A stretch of 64,000 nucleotides of DNA from Bacteroidota bacterium (GTDB taxonomy: Bacteria > Bacteroidota > Bacteroidia > B-17B0 > Aurantibacillaceae), in contig JBKCIQ010000091.1 in NCBI GenBank assembly GCA_046302135.1, positions 92 to 64,091 of the forward strand. The letters are read 5' to 3'. Positions 1 to 10,034 of this stretch are shown piece by piece. The position numbers and the translations under genes were made by a program. The notes under the pieces are model-generated. The model worked only from the letters and a program-made list of their open reading frames with translations, was not told where the DNA came from and did no database searches. Positions within the stretch are counted from its first letter, which is position 1, and every line of letters begins with the position of its first letter.

Positions 1-1
1 C

Positions 2-3000
2 AACTCGATTCAATCTGTTTCTGGAAAGAATACAATACGTTTTGGAACACACGACTTTCCTGCAGGAGTCCTTCAGCTAACATTATTTGACTCAAGAGGA
101 ATAGCCAGAAGCGAAAGACTGGTTTTTGTAAACAAAGATCGTCAGCTAAAAATTTCCCTTGATACAGAGAAAGAAAAATATCTTCCAAGAGAAAAGATAA
201 AGGTAAACGTAAGCGTTACCGATGATAGAGGCTTGCCTATGCCGGCAAATCTTTCTATGGCTGTAGTAAACGATCAATTCCTTTCTTTTGCGGATGACAA
301 GTCAGGAAATATACTTTCTCAACTCTTACTTGAGCAAGATTTAAAGGAAAAAATTGAAGAACCCGCTTTTTATTTCAATAAGAATGAAGCAAAAGCAGAT
401 CAGGCCTTAGACTATCTTTTAATGACTGCGGGATGGAGACACTTCGCCTGGGAAAAAATAATGAAAGAAGAATTACCCACACTTTCTTTTCCGGCTGAAA
501 AAACAATTGTCTCAGGAATTGTAAGAGACGGATACACCGGCAAACCTATTAAAAATGTTAGTGTAACTGGTATAAAAGGAAAAAACTCAACCACGGATTC
601 TTTAGGAAAATTTACGATCAAAAAGTTTGAATTGTATGAGCCCATTGACTTAAAATTTAAAAATGATAAATATATGGATGCTCAATATCGGCTGACTTCT
701 TACAATACCGGACTTGTTGTTTATATGTACGACAAACAAAGATATGAAAGGCGTAAGAGTGTTAAGAGAGCAAGAAAAAATGAGGGCCTACAGCTTTTTG
801 AGCAAGAAAACATCCAAATGGCCGGCGCGGTTGATGAACTACAGGAGGTGGCTGTTGCAGACGACAGAGACGAAGTATTAATGAATGTTGAAATGAAAGA
901 CAAAGAATTAGAAAAGCCCGGAAAACTTCAAGTTAGGGGAGGAAGAAAGGGCGCAGAAAAAGAGTTAAATGACATTGATAATAACATCTTGATGGATTCT
1001 ATTGCAGATTTTCAAAATGCAAAATTCAAAAAGAAGCTTGTAGTTGTAGATGAAAAAAACGCTGTATCATATTATAGGGCACGAAAATTTTCTGCTCCGG
1101 TTTATTCACGAGAGGAGAATGTAGAAATAAGAACGGACTTCAGAAATACAATTTACTGGAATCCTTCAGTAGAAGTTGGAAGAAATGGAAAGGCGTCTGT
1201 TGAGTTTTATGCCTCAGATAACATTACCTCATTCCGAATAATGGCAGAAGGAATCTCTGATGGCGGCTTGATCGGTAAGGCAGAGAAAAATATATTTACA
1301 CAACTTCCCTTTCAAATGACAACAAAAGTTCCGGTGGAAGTTGTTACTGAAGATTTGGTTTCAATTCCTTTAACGCTTAGCAATAATACAGGTAAACCTT
1401 TGGGGGGTGCACTAAAAATTAAATCTCCGGACGGGCTTAAAGAACTCAGTAAAGTTGCAGAAGTTCAAACCTTAATGCCTGGTCAATCGAAAACTGTTTT
1501 TCTTGACTACAAAGTCACCGATAAAATTGGAACAGGAGAAATGACAATTAGTTTTAAGGCTTGCGGTTTAAGTGATGCTTTCACACAAAAAATTAAAATT
1601 GTGTCAAAGGGTTTTCCCGTTTTAGAGTCATTTTCATCTCAGGACAAAGAAAAAGATTTTTCCTTCAGAATAGAGAATCTTGTAGGCGGATCTTTAAGGG
1701 CAAGCTTAACCGTTTTTCCAAGCGTAGTGAGTGACCTATTGAAAGGTATTGAAGGAATTTTACGCGAACCTTATGGTTGCTTTGAGCAAACTTCAATGAG
1801 TTCATACCCTAATGCAATGGTTCTGGATTATCTCCGCTCAACAGAAACTAAAGACGAAAAACTTTTAGCGCAAGCTACCGGTTTACTTGATAAAGGATAC
1901 AGTCGTTTGATAACATTTGAAACAAAAGAAAAAGGTTACGAGTGGTTTGGTAGCAATCCGGGTCATGAAGCGCTTACCGCTTATGGTTTAATGCAATTTG
2001 TTGACATGAAAAAAGTAGGCGCAAAAGTGGATGAAGAAATGTTGAAAAGAACAAGTAATTGGCTGATGGATCGTCGTGATGGTAAAGGAGGTTTCCAAAG
2101 AAATGACCGTGCGCTCGATAATTTTGGGAGGGCAAGTGCAGAAATTACCAACGCCTACATTGTTTATTCACTTTCAGAGGCGGGCTTCGCAGATATTAAA
2201 AAAGAATATTATGCTGCGTTCGACGACGCGCTTAAAAGCGGCGACCCATACCGCCTCGCGTTATTAGTAAACGCATCCTATAATCTAAAGGAGAATGCAA
2301 AAGGCGATCAATTGCTGGGGCAATTAATTAAAAAACAACAAGCAGAAGGTTCTTTTGAGGGCAGCACTCATTCTATTACTTATTCAATGGGAAGCTCATT
2401 AAAAATTGAAACAACAGCTCTTGCAATTTTAGCAATGATTAAATCAAATGGCAAAAACACTATGGAGATGATGAGCGCTGTAAAATGGCTGGTTGGCGCA
2501 AGAAGCGGATATGGTGCCTTTGGAAACACACAGGGAACAGTGCTGGCATTGAAAGCGCTCACTGAGTTTGCAAAATTCAGCAAGCAAATAAAAGAAGATG
2601 GAAAAGTATTAGTTTTTGTTGATGGTAAAAAAGCCGGAGAAAGAGAATATAAAGCTGGAGAAAAAGACGCAATAATTCTTAGCGGCCTAGAAAGTTATAT
2701 TTCCGAAGAAGGTAAACACGAAATAAGAGTAAAGTTTGAAAACGCTAAAAACGCCTTGCCATATTCTTTAGCAGTTAGCTGGAACACATCCCTACCAAAC
2801 AGTCAAAGGGATTGCATGGTGGATTTGCAGACCAAATTGAGTAGCAATAAAGCACAGGTTGGAGAGACGGTACGTTTGACATCAGTAGTTACAAACAAAA
2901 AAAATGAGGGCATCCCTGCAACCATGGTCGTGATAGGAATTCCTGCGGGTCTTAGTGTTCAGCCTTGGCAGTTAAAGGAGCTTCAGGAGAAGAAAGTTTT

Positions 3001-3205
3001 TGACTACTATGAACTGAGTGGAAATAACATCGCAATTTATTATCGTTGTATGGCCCCTTCCTTAAAAAAGGAAATCAACCTAGACCTTAAAGCAGAAATA
3101 CCCGGAGAGTATGAGGCGCCAGCGAGTTCTGCATATCTATACTACACCAACGAACTAAAAACATGGTGTGGATTGGAAAAAATAACAATTCGTAAAAATG
3201 GATAA
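2..3205 (+). CDS. alpha-2-macroglobulin family protein with CxEQ thioester motif (5-prime end outside window)
   Basis: The frame is open from the window edge, upstream of the listed Met (translation ...KYLPREKIKVNVSVTDDRGLPMPANLSMAVVND, MG2-like). The thioester-type motif EPYGCFEQTSMSSYP is present, with CFEQ at codons 1778-1789. GYGAFGNTQGTVLALKAL is typical of the A2M thioester-domain region. Confidence 0.85.
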   Translation, partial: NSIQSVSGKNTIRFGTHDFPAGVLQLTLFDSRGIARSERLVFVNKDRQLKISLDTEKEKYLPREKIKVNVSVTDDRGLPMPANLSMAVVNDQFLSFADDKSGNILSQLLLEQDLKEKIEEPAFYFNKNEAKADQALDYLLMTAGWRHFAWEKIMKEELPTLSFPAEKTIVSGIVRDGYTGKPIKNVSVTGIKGKNSTTDSLGKFTIKKFELYEPIDLKFKNDKYMDAQYRLTSYNTGLVVYMYDKQRYERRKSVKRARKNEGLQLFEQENIQMAGAVDELQEVAVADDRDEVLMNVEMKDKELEKPGKLQVRGGRKGAEKELNDIDNNILMDSIADFQNAKFKKKLVVVDEKNAVSYYRARKFSAPVYSREENVEIRTDFRNTIYWNPSVEVGRNGKASVEFYASDNITSFRIMAEGISDGGLIGKAEKNIFTQLPFQMTTKVPVEVVTEDLVSIPLTLSNNTGKPLGGALKIKSPDGLKELSKVAEVQTLMPGQSKTVFLDYKVTDKIGTGEMTISFKACGLSDAFTQKIKIVSKGFPVLESFSSQDKEKDFSFRIENLVGGSLRASLTVFPSVVSDLLKGIEGILREPYGCFEQTSMSSYPNAMVLDYLRSTETKDEKLLAQATGLLDKGYSRLITFETKEKGYEWFGSNPGHEALTAYGLMQFVDMKKVGAKVDEEMLKRTSNWLMDRRDGKGGFQRNDRALDNFGRASAEITNAYIVYSLSEAGFADIKKEYYAAFDDALKSGDPYRLALLVNASYNLKENAKGDQLLGQLIKKQQAEGSFEGSTHSITYSMGSSLKIETTALAILAMIKSNGKNTMEMMSAVKWLVGARSGYGAFGNTQGTVLALKALTEFAKFSKQIKEDGKVLVFVDGKKAGEREYKAGEKDAIILSGLESYISEEGKHEIRVKFENAKNALPYSLAVSWNTSLPNSQRDCMVDLQTKLSSNKAQVGETVRLTSVVTNKKNEGIPATMVVIGIPAGLSVQPWQLKELQEKKVFDYYELSGNNIAIYYRCMAPSLKKEINLDLKAEIPGEYEAPASSAYLYYTNELKTWCGLEKITIRKNG

Positions 3206-3226
3206 TGGTCTAAATCACTGTTTAAA

Positions 3227-3664
3227 ATGAAAACAAAGGAATTAAAATTGATCGTCTTGTGTTTGTGTCTGTTCGCAAAATTTAGCTTGTCTTTTTCTCA
3301 AACGAACAATATTTCAAATGTAAATGAATATCCGATTGACGACCCAAGAAATCCAAACTGTCCTTGCCATCAACATCAAAAGTTAGCAGAACAACAGTAT
3401 TTATCAAACATTAATTTTATGATTCAAAAAAATATTAATATTAATAAGGATAATGAAATAAAATTCAATCAAGAGCAGAAACAAAATAATCCAAAGGAGA
3501 GCGTATTTTTTGCTTTAACAAGAGATGGAAATAAGTTCAGAAACGAATCATCCCGCAAAGCAAAAATTAAAAAAAATATGTTTGTGAAATTTTTCTACTC
3601 AAGGAAGCATGGAGGAAGAGTAAAAAAGCAAAGAGCCGTAAACAATTGTTTTAGCTGGGTTTAA
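3227..3664 (+). CDS. hypothetical secreted protein (signal peptide, Lys/Asn-rich, DDPRNPNCPCH motif)
   Basis: 145-aa ORF with N-terminal hydrophobic signal KLIVLCLCLFAKFSLSFSQ. No family recognised. Confidence 0.55.
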   Translation: MKTKELKLIVLCLCLFAKFSLSFSQTNNISNVNEYPIDDPRNPNCPCHQHQKLAEQQYLSNINFMIQKNININKDNEIKFNQEQKQNNPKESVFFALTRDGNKFRNESSRKAKIKKNMFVKFFYSRKHGGRVKKQRAVNNCFSWV

Positions 3665-3805
3665 TTTTGTTTTGACATTTTTTTAGTATAATTAATCACA
3701 TCATTCTTTATCATGGATTATCATCTAAATTTTATTATTACTTTTATAGGTGATTTTAAGAAAAGAATACGGTTGTTAATGTATTTACAGATAAAAAAAT
3801 AAACT

Positions 3806-4240
3806 ATGAAAAAATTATTTCCTTCCGTTGTTTTATTTGTGCTATTTATAAATACGTTGTCCTCTAAAAATTACTTTTCTTTCGGGGATCCTATAAAAGT
3901 AACTATAAGTTATAAAAGTAAAAGTGTTAAGGAAATGGTCATCCTAAATTTAGAAAATAAAGGAACCTTTTCTTTTGCTTGCGATGAACTGGAAAAGCTA
4001 ATAGATTTTAAAATCTCAGGTACAGGTGGCCCTTACACCATCGTGTTTAAACCAGACAGCAAGATATTCCCTGGCAAAAAACCATTTAAAAAGTCTAACA
4101 TTACATTAACAGACAAGTTTGTCTTTTCTGCCAACGAAACAGAAAAAATACTTGAATACATTTTTTACGGCAGGCTACAAATCCTTAAAGATGGAAAAGT
4201 TGTGTATTCTCATCTTTTTGATGCAAACCCTTGCGATTAA
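3806..4240 (+). CDS. hypothetical secreted protein
   Basis: 144-aa ORF with signal-peptide-like N-terminus MKKLFPSVVLFVLFINTLSS. Confidence 0.6.
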   Translation: MKKLFPSVVLFVLFINTLSSKNYFSFGDPIKVTISYKSKSVKEMVILNLENKGTFSFACDELEKLIDFKISGTGGPYTIVFKPDSKIFPGKKPFKKSNITLTDKFVFSANETEKILEYIFYGRLQILKDGKVVYSHLFDANPCD

Positions 4241-4372
4241 CTGTTTTGATCCTGTAGTCTTTTTTTTCCAAAAAAGGCGTCTTTAAAAGCCCATCAATTA
4301 TTGGCTGTTTTTAACACCCATTTTGGTTTGTGTAATTAATTAAAATTTTTAGATTTGCGCCTCAAAATTTAA

Positions 4373-4729
4373 GTGAAAAGTCTTATTAAATTCTTTTTTA
4401 CGCTTTTTGTTATTCCTTGCATCTCTTGGGGACAACAAAAAACATTAAAAACCGAACTCTTGGTTCAGATTGTCAACATTAACGACAATTCCATAAATGA
4501 AATCATATTCGGACTTGAAAAAAAACACAATCTTAAGATTGAAGGCTATTGTTCCGGTCAAAATGTTTTTTTTATTACATCCGAAGAAGCCAACATCAAT
4601 GAAAAAAAAATTGAAAACATTATACAGAGCATTCAGGAAGACGCTATTGTAAGATTGAAAGTGGGAACATTTAATGACATTTATAAAATTTGTCCCGAAT
4701 TGCGTAAAAAAACAGTTACTAGAAAATGA
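4373..4729 (+). CDS. hypothetical small secreted protein, translationally coupled to downstream T9SS cargo
   Basis: 118-aa ORF with a GTG start and signal-like N-terminus FFFTLFVIPCISWGQ. Its stop overlaps the next start as ATGA at 4726-4729. Confidence 0.55.
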   Translation: MKSLIKFFFTLFVIPCISWGQQKTLKTELLVQIVNINDNSINEIIFGLEKKHNLKIEGYCSGQNVFFITSEEANINEKKIENIIQSIQEDAIVRLKVGTFNDIYKICPELRKKTVTRK

Positions 4730-7700
4730 TTTTGAACTCTCTAAAGACTTTTTTAAAAAACAACTCTCCTAAATTATCTCTGTTTATATTAACGGTTTTA
4801 ACTACCAACATACTCTTTGCTCAGTCGCCCGGAAACAATTGTGCAGGGGCGGTCACTTTAGCTCTTCCCACAATACAAGGCACAAGCGTATCCACCGGGG
4901 TTGTAACCACATGCGGCACAGGAAACGACTATTTGGCCGGGTCTTTTTGTACCAGCACCTCGTACGGTGGAGGAGAGGACGCTGTTTATATAATTACTGT
5001 TCCTGCGGGGGGAGGAAACTACACCTTCGCAAACATTGGTGGGGCCGTAACTTGGTTAATTTTTTCTATTCATTCTGCATGCCCACCAACAACAACCAAT
5101 TGTTTGGGTGGCTTTACAACATCAAGCGGTACCACCGGCAATGTTACACTCAACCTAACAGCAGGAACATACTATTTATTCCTCGATACCTGGCCTAGTC
5201 CAACCTGCGGAACATTCAATCTTCAAATCACACTTAATTCTGCCGCTTACAATCCTTGTGCTTCAATACCAACGATTAATTGCGGCTCTCCTGTGCCCGT
5301 AACAGTACAATCCGGAAATGGGATTCATAATCCACCTTCAACCTCATGCGGGTTCAACACTCCGGGTAAAGAATATATTTTTTCTTTCACACCAACAGTA
5401 ACAGGTACCTACACTATTAGCCAAAATTCCAGCTTTGGTTATATCGATTATTTCTTTAAGCCTGCCTCTGCTGGTTGCAATGGAACGGGTTGGACCTGTA
5501 TTGATGACTTAATAGGCGCCGTTAGCAGTACCGGTTTCAATTTGACTGCGGGCACAACTTATTACATTATGCTTGACCCGGAAACCACAGCAGGCGGCTC
5601 CGTAAACTTTTCTATTATTTGCCCAACCCCTTCAGTAAACCCTTGTGCCTCTATTCAGACATTAAACTGTGGTGTGGCAACCAATATCAATCTGGCTGGC
5701 GGTAGCGGAAGTTTTAATCCTCCTGCTAACTCATGCGGGTTCAACACACCGGGCATTGAAACAATATATTCGTTTACACCAACATCTACAGGCACATACT
5801 TTATCACTCAAAACTCAAGTTTTGGATTTATAGATTATTTTTACGCGCCATCGTCAAACGGATGTGTGTCTTCGGGCTGGACTTGTATTGATGATATGAG
5901 TGGTGCTGTTGTAAGCCCCGGATTTATTCTTACGGCAGGAACAACTTATTACATTATGCTTGATCCTGAAACAACAACAGGAGGAACAATAAATTTTACT
6001 TTGGATTGCGCAACCGCAACTTATAATCCCTGCGCATCAATACCCACAATTAATTGCGGATCAAACACGAGTTTAACCGTATCATCAGGCAATGGATCAT
6101 ACAATCCGCCTGCGAACACTTGTGGCTTTTCAACGCCAGGAAAGGAGTATATTTATTCTTTCACCGCTACATCTTCAGGAAATCATTTTATTAATCAAAC
6201 ATCAAGTTTTGGATTTATAGATTATTTTTTCAAACCCGCATCGGGTGGGTGCAACGGAACGGGTTGGACTTGTATTGACGACTTGACCGGCGCGTCTATA
6301 AGCCCGGGGTTTAATCTAACTGCCGGAACAACTTATTACATTATGTTGGACCCGGAATCAACTACAGGAGGAAGCGTATCTTTTAGCGTTGATTGTCCGT
6401 TGGGTTGTCCCGGTGGTCTTGGGGCAGGATTAACCAATGTCGCCTCATTGCCTTATTCTGTTACCGCGGCCACAACATGCGGCGGAGTTGACAATATAAC
6501 GGGTGGCAATTTACTTAATTATTGTGGTTCTACATTTTACTATGGCGGAGAAGACAATGTTTATGTGTTTACTCCTACGTCTACTGGGCAGATTACTGTT
6601 TCTCAATCAGGAACAATAGGAACCGTAGGAATTATGCTTTATGAAGGTTGCCCTTTTTCCGGCAACTGTGTTGGATTTGCCCAAGATGGAAACTCAACAA
6701 GATCTTTTTGTGCAAATGTAACCGCCGGCCAAACCTATTATCTCATTGTTGATTCCTGGCCCACACCAACTTGCTACACCTATAATATTTCTATTTCTGC
6801 ACCTACATCAACACCACTTGGTTCTTCTTGCACTTTAAACCCACACACAATTACAAGTCTTCCCTTTTCTGCCAACGGACTTACAACTTGTTGTAAAGGC
6901 AACGACTATACATCCACAAACGCCTGTGGTAGCTTGTATATGGATGGAGAAGATTACGTTTTCGCCTACACACCAACAAGTAATACAACGGTTGACATAA
7001 CAGTTTCTAATGCCGATCCTTCTACAGGAGTTTTTCTGGTTAGCGGGTGCCCTAACACGGGAACCTGTGTTGGCCTTTCGACAGGAAGCTCAAACCTAAG
7101 CTTATGTGGTTATACCCTTACAGCCGGTACAACATATTATATAATAGTTGACACGTGGCCTAACCCTACCTGTACAGCATTCGATATTTTTGTTCAATCA
7201 ACCTCTACCGCTACCAGCTGTAATCTTGCTTATAACTTAAGTAGCATTGCATTTTCATCTGCTGACCCATATACCACGGGAACGGTTTTAAATTTCCCCG
7301 ATGACCAGTTCAGTCCTGCTTATGTTCCTTTGGGTTTTGATTTCTGTTTCGATGGATATCAATACAATCAATGCCTTGTGTCTTCCAATAATTATTTAAT
7401 ATTTGATAAATATGGATGCCTGAATAATTTACCCGCAGGCAACGCTACTCCCGGAGGATATTCTGAATATTCAATTAACGGATCAATTCCAAATATATTA
7501 GATGCACCAAGAAACGCAATTCTTGGTCCCTGGCAAGACACGGATCCAAGCATAAGTGCGGCACCGGATATTTATTACCAGACTTTTGGAACTTCACCGA
7601 ATAGAAGATTTGTACTTTCATTTAATAACATACCGCTTTACGGTTGCAATGCTTTAACTTTCAAAGGCCAAATAAAATTATTGGAAACTTCCAACAATAT

Positions 7701-8439
7701 TGAAATTCATATTCAAAACAAATCAACTTGCACAACATGGAATGATGGTCAGGCCATTCTTGGTCTTCATAACCTCGCAGGAAATCTTGCTGTGGTTCCT
7801 GCCGGATACAATGCTCCTACCCAGTGGACAGCAAACAATCTTGCCTGGAGATTTTCACCAACCTGTACCAATTGCATCAACGTGCTTCCTTTGGAGCTTT
7901 TGGATATCAGTGGAGCAAAAATTTCTGAGGGAAACAAAATTTGGTGGCGCATAGCAAACCCCGTAAGTCATAATTTTAATCTTGATAGGTCTCTGGATGG
8001 CTATGAATTTACAACTATAGGTAGTGTAATGCCAAATCAGTCTCAAACCGCCTTCAGTTTTATAGACTCAGAAATAGGTAATGATGGTGCATATTACAAA
8101 ATATCCTCTTTATCGGAAGGTGGTAGCCAACTTTTATCAAGTAAAATAATTTATATCGGTCCTGAAATTCTTTCTCGCTCAGGAATAAACGTGTTTCCCA
8201 ATCCAAGCAACGGAGAAAGCCTGATAGCCGAGTTTACGCCTTTAAGGCCGGGAACATATTACCTTACAATAAACGATGTTTTAGGGGTTTCCTCTTTTAG
8301 CCAGACACTAAATTTAAAAAAGGATGAAAACTTCAGTATTGATATTGGGAAAAAAGTAAGCCTTAATAAAGGTGTTTACATTTTTGATGTTATATCTTCT
8401 GAGGGGAAGAAAGAGTCAAAAAAGTTTATCATCTATTAA
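4726..8439 (+). CDS. large modular Cys-rich secreted protein with T9SS type A C-terminal sorting domain
   Basis: 1237 aa with a signal peptide. It carries six related modules ending in TAGTTYY(I/L)x(L/V)D...PTC motifs. A mid-C-terminal region is NIDO-like (ILGPWQDTDPS...IYYQTFG). The C-terminus (GINVFPNPSNGESLIAEF...KFIIY) looks like a type A Por/T9SS sorting domain. Confidence 0.9.
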   Translation: MILNSLKTFLKNNSPKLSLFILTVLTTNILFAQSPGNNCAGAVTLALPTIQGTSVSTGVVTTCGTGNDYLAGSFCTSTSYGGGEDAVYIITVPAGGGNYTFANIGGAVTWLIFSIHSACPPTTTNCLGGFTTSSGTTGNVTLNLTAGTYYLFLDTWPSPTCGTFNLQITLNSAAYNPCASIPTINCGSPVPVTVQSGNGIHNPPSTSCGFNTPGKEYIFSFTPTVTGTYTISQNSSFGYIDYFFKPASAGCNGTGWTCIDDLIGAVSSTGFNLTAGTTYYIMLDPETTAGGSVNFSIICPTPSVNPCASIQTLNCGVATNINLAGGSGSFNPPANSCGFNTPGIETIYSFTPTSTGTYFITQNSSFGFIDYFYAPSSNGCVSSGWTCIDDMSGAVVSPGFILTAGTTYYIMLDPETTTGGTINFTLDCATATYNPCASIPTINCGSNTSLTVSSGNGSYNPPANTCGFSTPGKEYIYSFTATSSGNHFINQTSSFGFIDYFFKPASGGCNGTGWTCIDDLTGASISPGFNLTAGTTYYIMLDPESTTGGSVSFSVDCPLGCPGGLGAGLTNVASLPYSVTAATTCGGVDNITGGNLLNYCGSTFYYGGEDNVYVFTPTSTGQITVSQSGTIGTVGIMLYEGCPFSGNCVGFAQDGNSTRSFCANVTAGQTYYLIVDSWPTPTCYTYNISISAPTSTPLGSSCTLNPHTITSLPFSANGLTTCCKGNDYTSTNACGSLYMDGEDYVFAYTPTSNTTVDITVSNADPSTGVFLVSGCPNTGTCVGLSTGSSNLSLCGYTLTAGTTYYIIVDTWPNPTCTAFDIFVQSTSTATSCNLAYNLSSIAFSSADPYTTGTVLNFPDDQFSPAYVPLGFDFCFDGYQYNQCLVSSNNYLIFDKYGCLNNLPAGNATPGGYSEYSINGSIPNILDAPRNAILGPWQDTDPSISAAPDIYYQTFGTSPNRRFVLSFNNIPLYGCNALTFKGQIKLLETSNNIEIHIQNKSTCTTWNDGQAILGLHNLAGNLAVVPAGYNAPTQWTANNLAWRFSPTCTNCINVLPLELLDISGAKISEGNKIWWRIANPVSHNFNLDRSLDGYEFTTIGSVMPNQSQTAFSFIDSEIGNDGAYYKISSLSEGGSQLLSSKIIYIGPEILSRSGINVFPNPSNGESLIAEFTPLRPGTYYLTINDVLGVSSFSQTLNLKKDENFSIDIGKKVSLNKGVYIFDVISSEGKKESKKFIIY
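5251..6411 (+). repeat. three diverged tandem copies of a 387-bp (129-aa) unit inside the T9SS cargo CDS
   Basis: Units start at 5251, 5638 and 6025. Each opens with NPCASI(P/Q)T(I/L)NCG and contains NPP..(S/T)CGF(N/S)TPG, F(G/F)(Y/F)IDYF, GWTCIDD and TAGTTYYIMLDPE. Confidence 0.85.
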
Positions 8440-8455
8440 ATTTCCCAGACAAACT

Positions 8456-8833
8456 TTAAAGCCTTGTGTTTTTCTGATTTTTTCTTTCTAGCGCTAATAC
8501 TAGCTTCTCCAATAATAAATTTTGCTTTTTCAGTTCCTTAAGCTCCTTTCTGGTTTCCTTAAGTTCCTTCATCATTTCCTGGTATCGGTCTTGCTTAGAA
8601 GCATAGGCATCCTTTTCTTCGCTAAGTTTTTCTGAAGAATAGTATTGAAAAAAATTGTAATTGAGAACTTTTGAAATTCGGCTTAAAAGCACCGAGTCTA
8701 TTGAATCTCTTTTGAAAATATCATAAACTACCGTTCGTGTTTTATTGATCTTGTCAGCAAAGTCAACTACAGTCATCGGGCTCTTGGATAAAACCTCTTT
8801 GATTTTTTTACCTATATGTACAGCAGAAGGCAT
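8456..8833 (-). CDS. helix-turn-helix DNA-binding protein with C-terminal coiled coil
   Basis: The N-terminus IGKKIKEVLSKSPMTVVDFADKINKTRTVVYDIFKR is XRE/HTH-like. The C-terminus has a heptad-like charged segment KELKETRKELKELKKQNLLLEKLVLALE. Confidence 0.7.
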   Translation of the reverse strand: MPSAVHIGKKIKEVLSKSPMTVVDFADKINKTRTVVYDIFKRDSIDSVLLSRISKVLNYNFFQYYSSEKLSEEKDAYASKQDRYQEMMKELKETRKELKELKKQNLLLEKLVLALERKNQKNTRL

Positions 8834-8912
8834 ACATCAAAGTTGAGGTTTTGAATAGTAATTGTTGCCTGTTTTTAGTTTATATAATAATACACTTTGT
8901 ATGATTTTTTAA

Positions 8913-8920
8913 TACATTTG
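8913..8920 (+). promoter_or_regulatory. Bacteroidetes-type -7 promoter element TAcaTTTG upstream of 8984 gene
   Basis: TACATTTG matches the TAnnTTTG consensus and lies 64 nt upstream of the ATG. No well-spaced -33 TTTG was seen. Confidence 0.3.
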
Positions 8921-8983
8921 TCATGCGATTAAATGCGGCGGACCCCGAAAAGCCGATGAAGAGTAGGGAAAAAATAAACTAAT

Positions 8984-9889
8984 ATGGCGATCAAAACCAA
9001 ACTCATTTTATTTATTGTTGTCTTTATTACAACAGGTCTAAGTTGTTTTTCACAAGCAAAACAAGAAGTAGTAAATAATCAAACTGTTATCAAACTTGTA
9101 AAATCGAAAGTAGGTGATGACGTTATTATTAAAAAGATAAATAGTTCAAATTGCGATTTCAATGTGGGGACAGACGATTTAATTACTTTAAAAGAAAACA
9201 ATGTTTCAGAAAAGATTATAAACCTTATGGTGGAAAAACAGGCGAAAACTGATTCAGAGGCAGCAAAAGGAAAGTCCAAAAATAGCGACGGAAAAAACAA
9301 TGTTTTTACTGAATCAGGAATATTTTTCAAACAAGAAGGCAAATACGTTCCTTTAGACGCCACGCTAGTGACTTCAAATAATAGTAAAAACATGGGATGT
9401 ATGGGTGGATGTTTAAGTATTTATGGATTTGGAAAGTTTTTCTCTAATAAATTAAAATCTCAAATTGAGGGGAACGAAGCAAATTATCAATTTAATCAAA
9501 TGCCAGAGTTTTATTTCAATTTTGAAAAAACAAACAGGGGCTTAAATAACGCAAACAACAATTCACTTATGGATGAATACTTTCAAAACGTAAAGGCCTC
9601 AAGTCCCAACGAATTCAAATTAGTTAAACTAGACGTAAGCAAAGGAAAGCGTGAGTATGTTTCTGCAAAGGTAAAGGGTAACGGAGAGGCGGATAATAGT
9701 ATTGACGATAATTATATTGTCAACTTTAAATACTCAAAGGTATCTGAAAACACATATAAGGTAACTTTTCCGACACCGTTAACCCCTGGAGAATATTGCT
9801 TTGTGTATTTAGCAAACAACGAAAACCCTAATCCATATCTAGTAAATACAAAGGGGGGAAACAGAGTTTTTGACTTTGGAATCAAATAG
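8984..9889 (+). CDS. hypothetical secreted protein
   Basis: 301-aa ORF with signal peptide LILFIVVFITTGLSCFSQ. No family recognised. Confidence 0.65.
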   Translation: MAIKTKLILFIVVFITTGLSCFSQAKQEVVNNQTVIKLVKSKVGDDVIIKKINSSNCDFNVGTDDLITLKENNVSEKIINLMVEKQAKTDSEAAKGKSKNSDGKNNVFTESGIFFKQEGKYVPLDATLVTSNNSKNMGCMGGCLSIYGFGKFFSNKLKSQIEGNEANYQFNQMPEFYFNFEKTNRGLNNANNNSLMDEYFQNVKASSPNEFKLVKLDVSKGKREYVSAKVKGNGEADNSIDDNYIVNFKYSKVSENTYKVTFPTPLTPGEYCFVYLANNENPNPYLVNTKGGNRVFDFGIK

Positions 9890-10034
9890 GTTTAAATTTC
9901 ATTTTTTTGGCTTAAGTAATTATACGCTAGGAATTTTTACAGCTAGTATAATTAAAAGTTATGAGTAAGTTTAATTTTAAAAGCATAATGGAGGATGCCG
10001 AAAATCCAATTTAGAGTTGGTAATAAATAAATTT

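Noticed and set aside
4839-5198. 119-aa alternative-frame ORF (Arg/His/Cys-rich) inside the T9SS cargo gene
   Set aside because: It lies wholly within a strongly supported CDS whose repeat structure is in the other frame. Its composition is typical of an off-frame artefact.
5251-6411. Regular tandem repeats considered as a possible CRISPR array or satellite
   Set aside because: The period is 387 bp, the repeats are in frame and coding (129-aa protein modules), and the copies are diverged with no repeat/spacer alternation. I saw no short direct-repeat array anywhere in the window.
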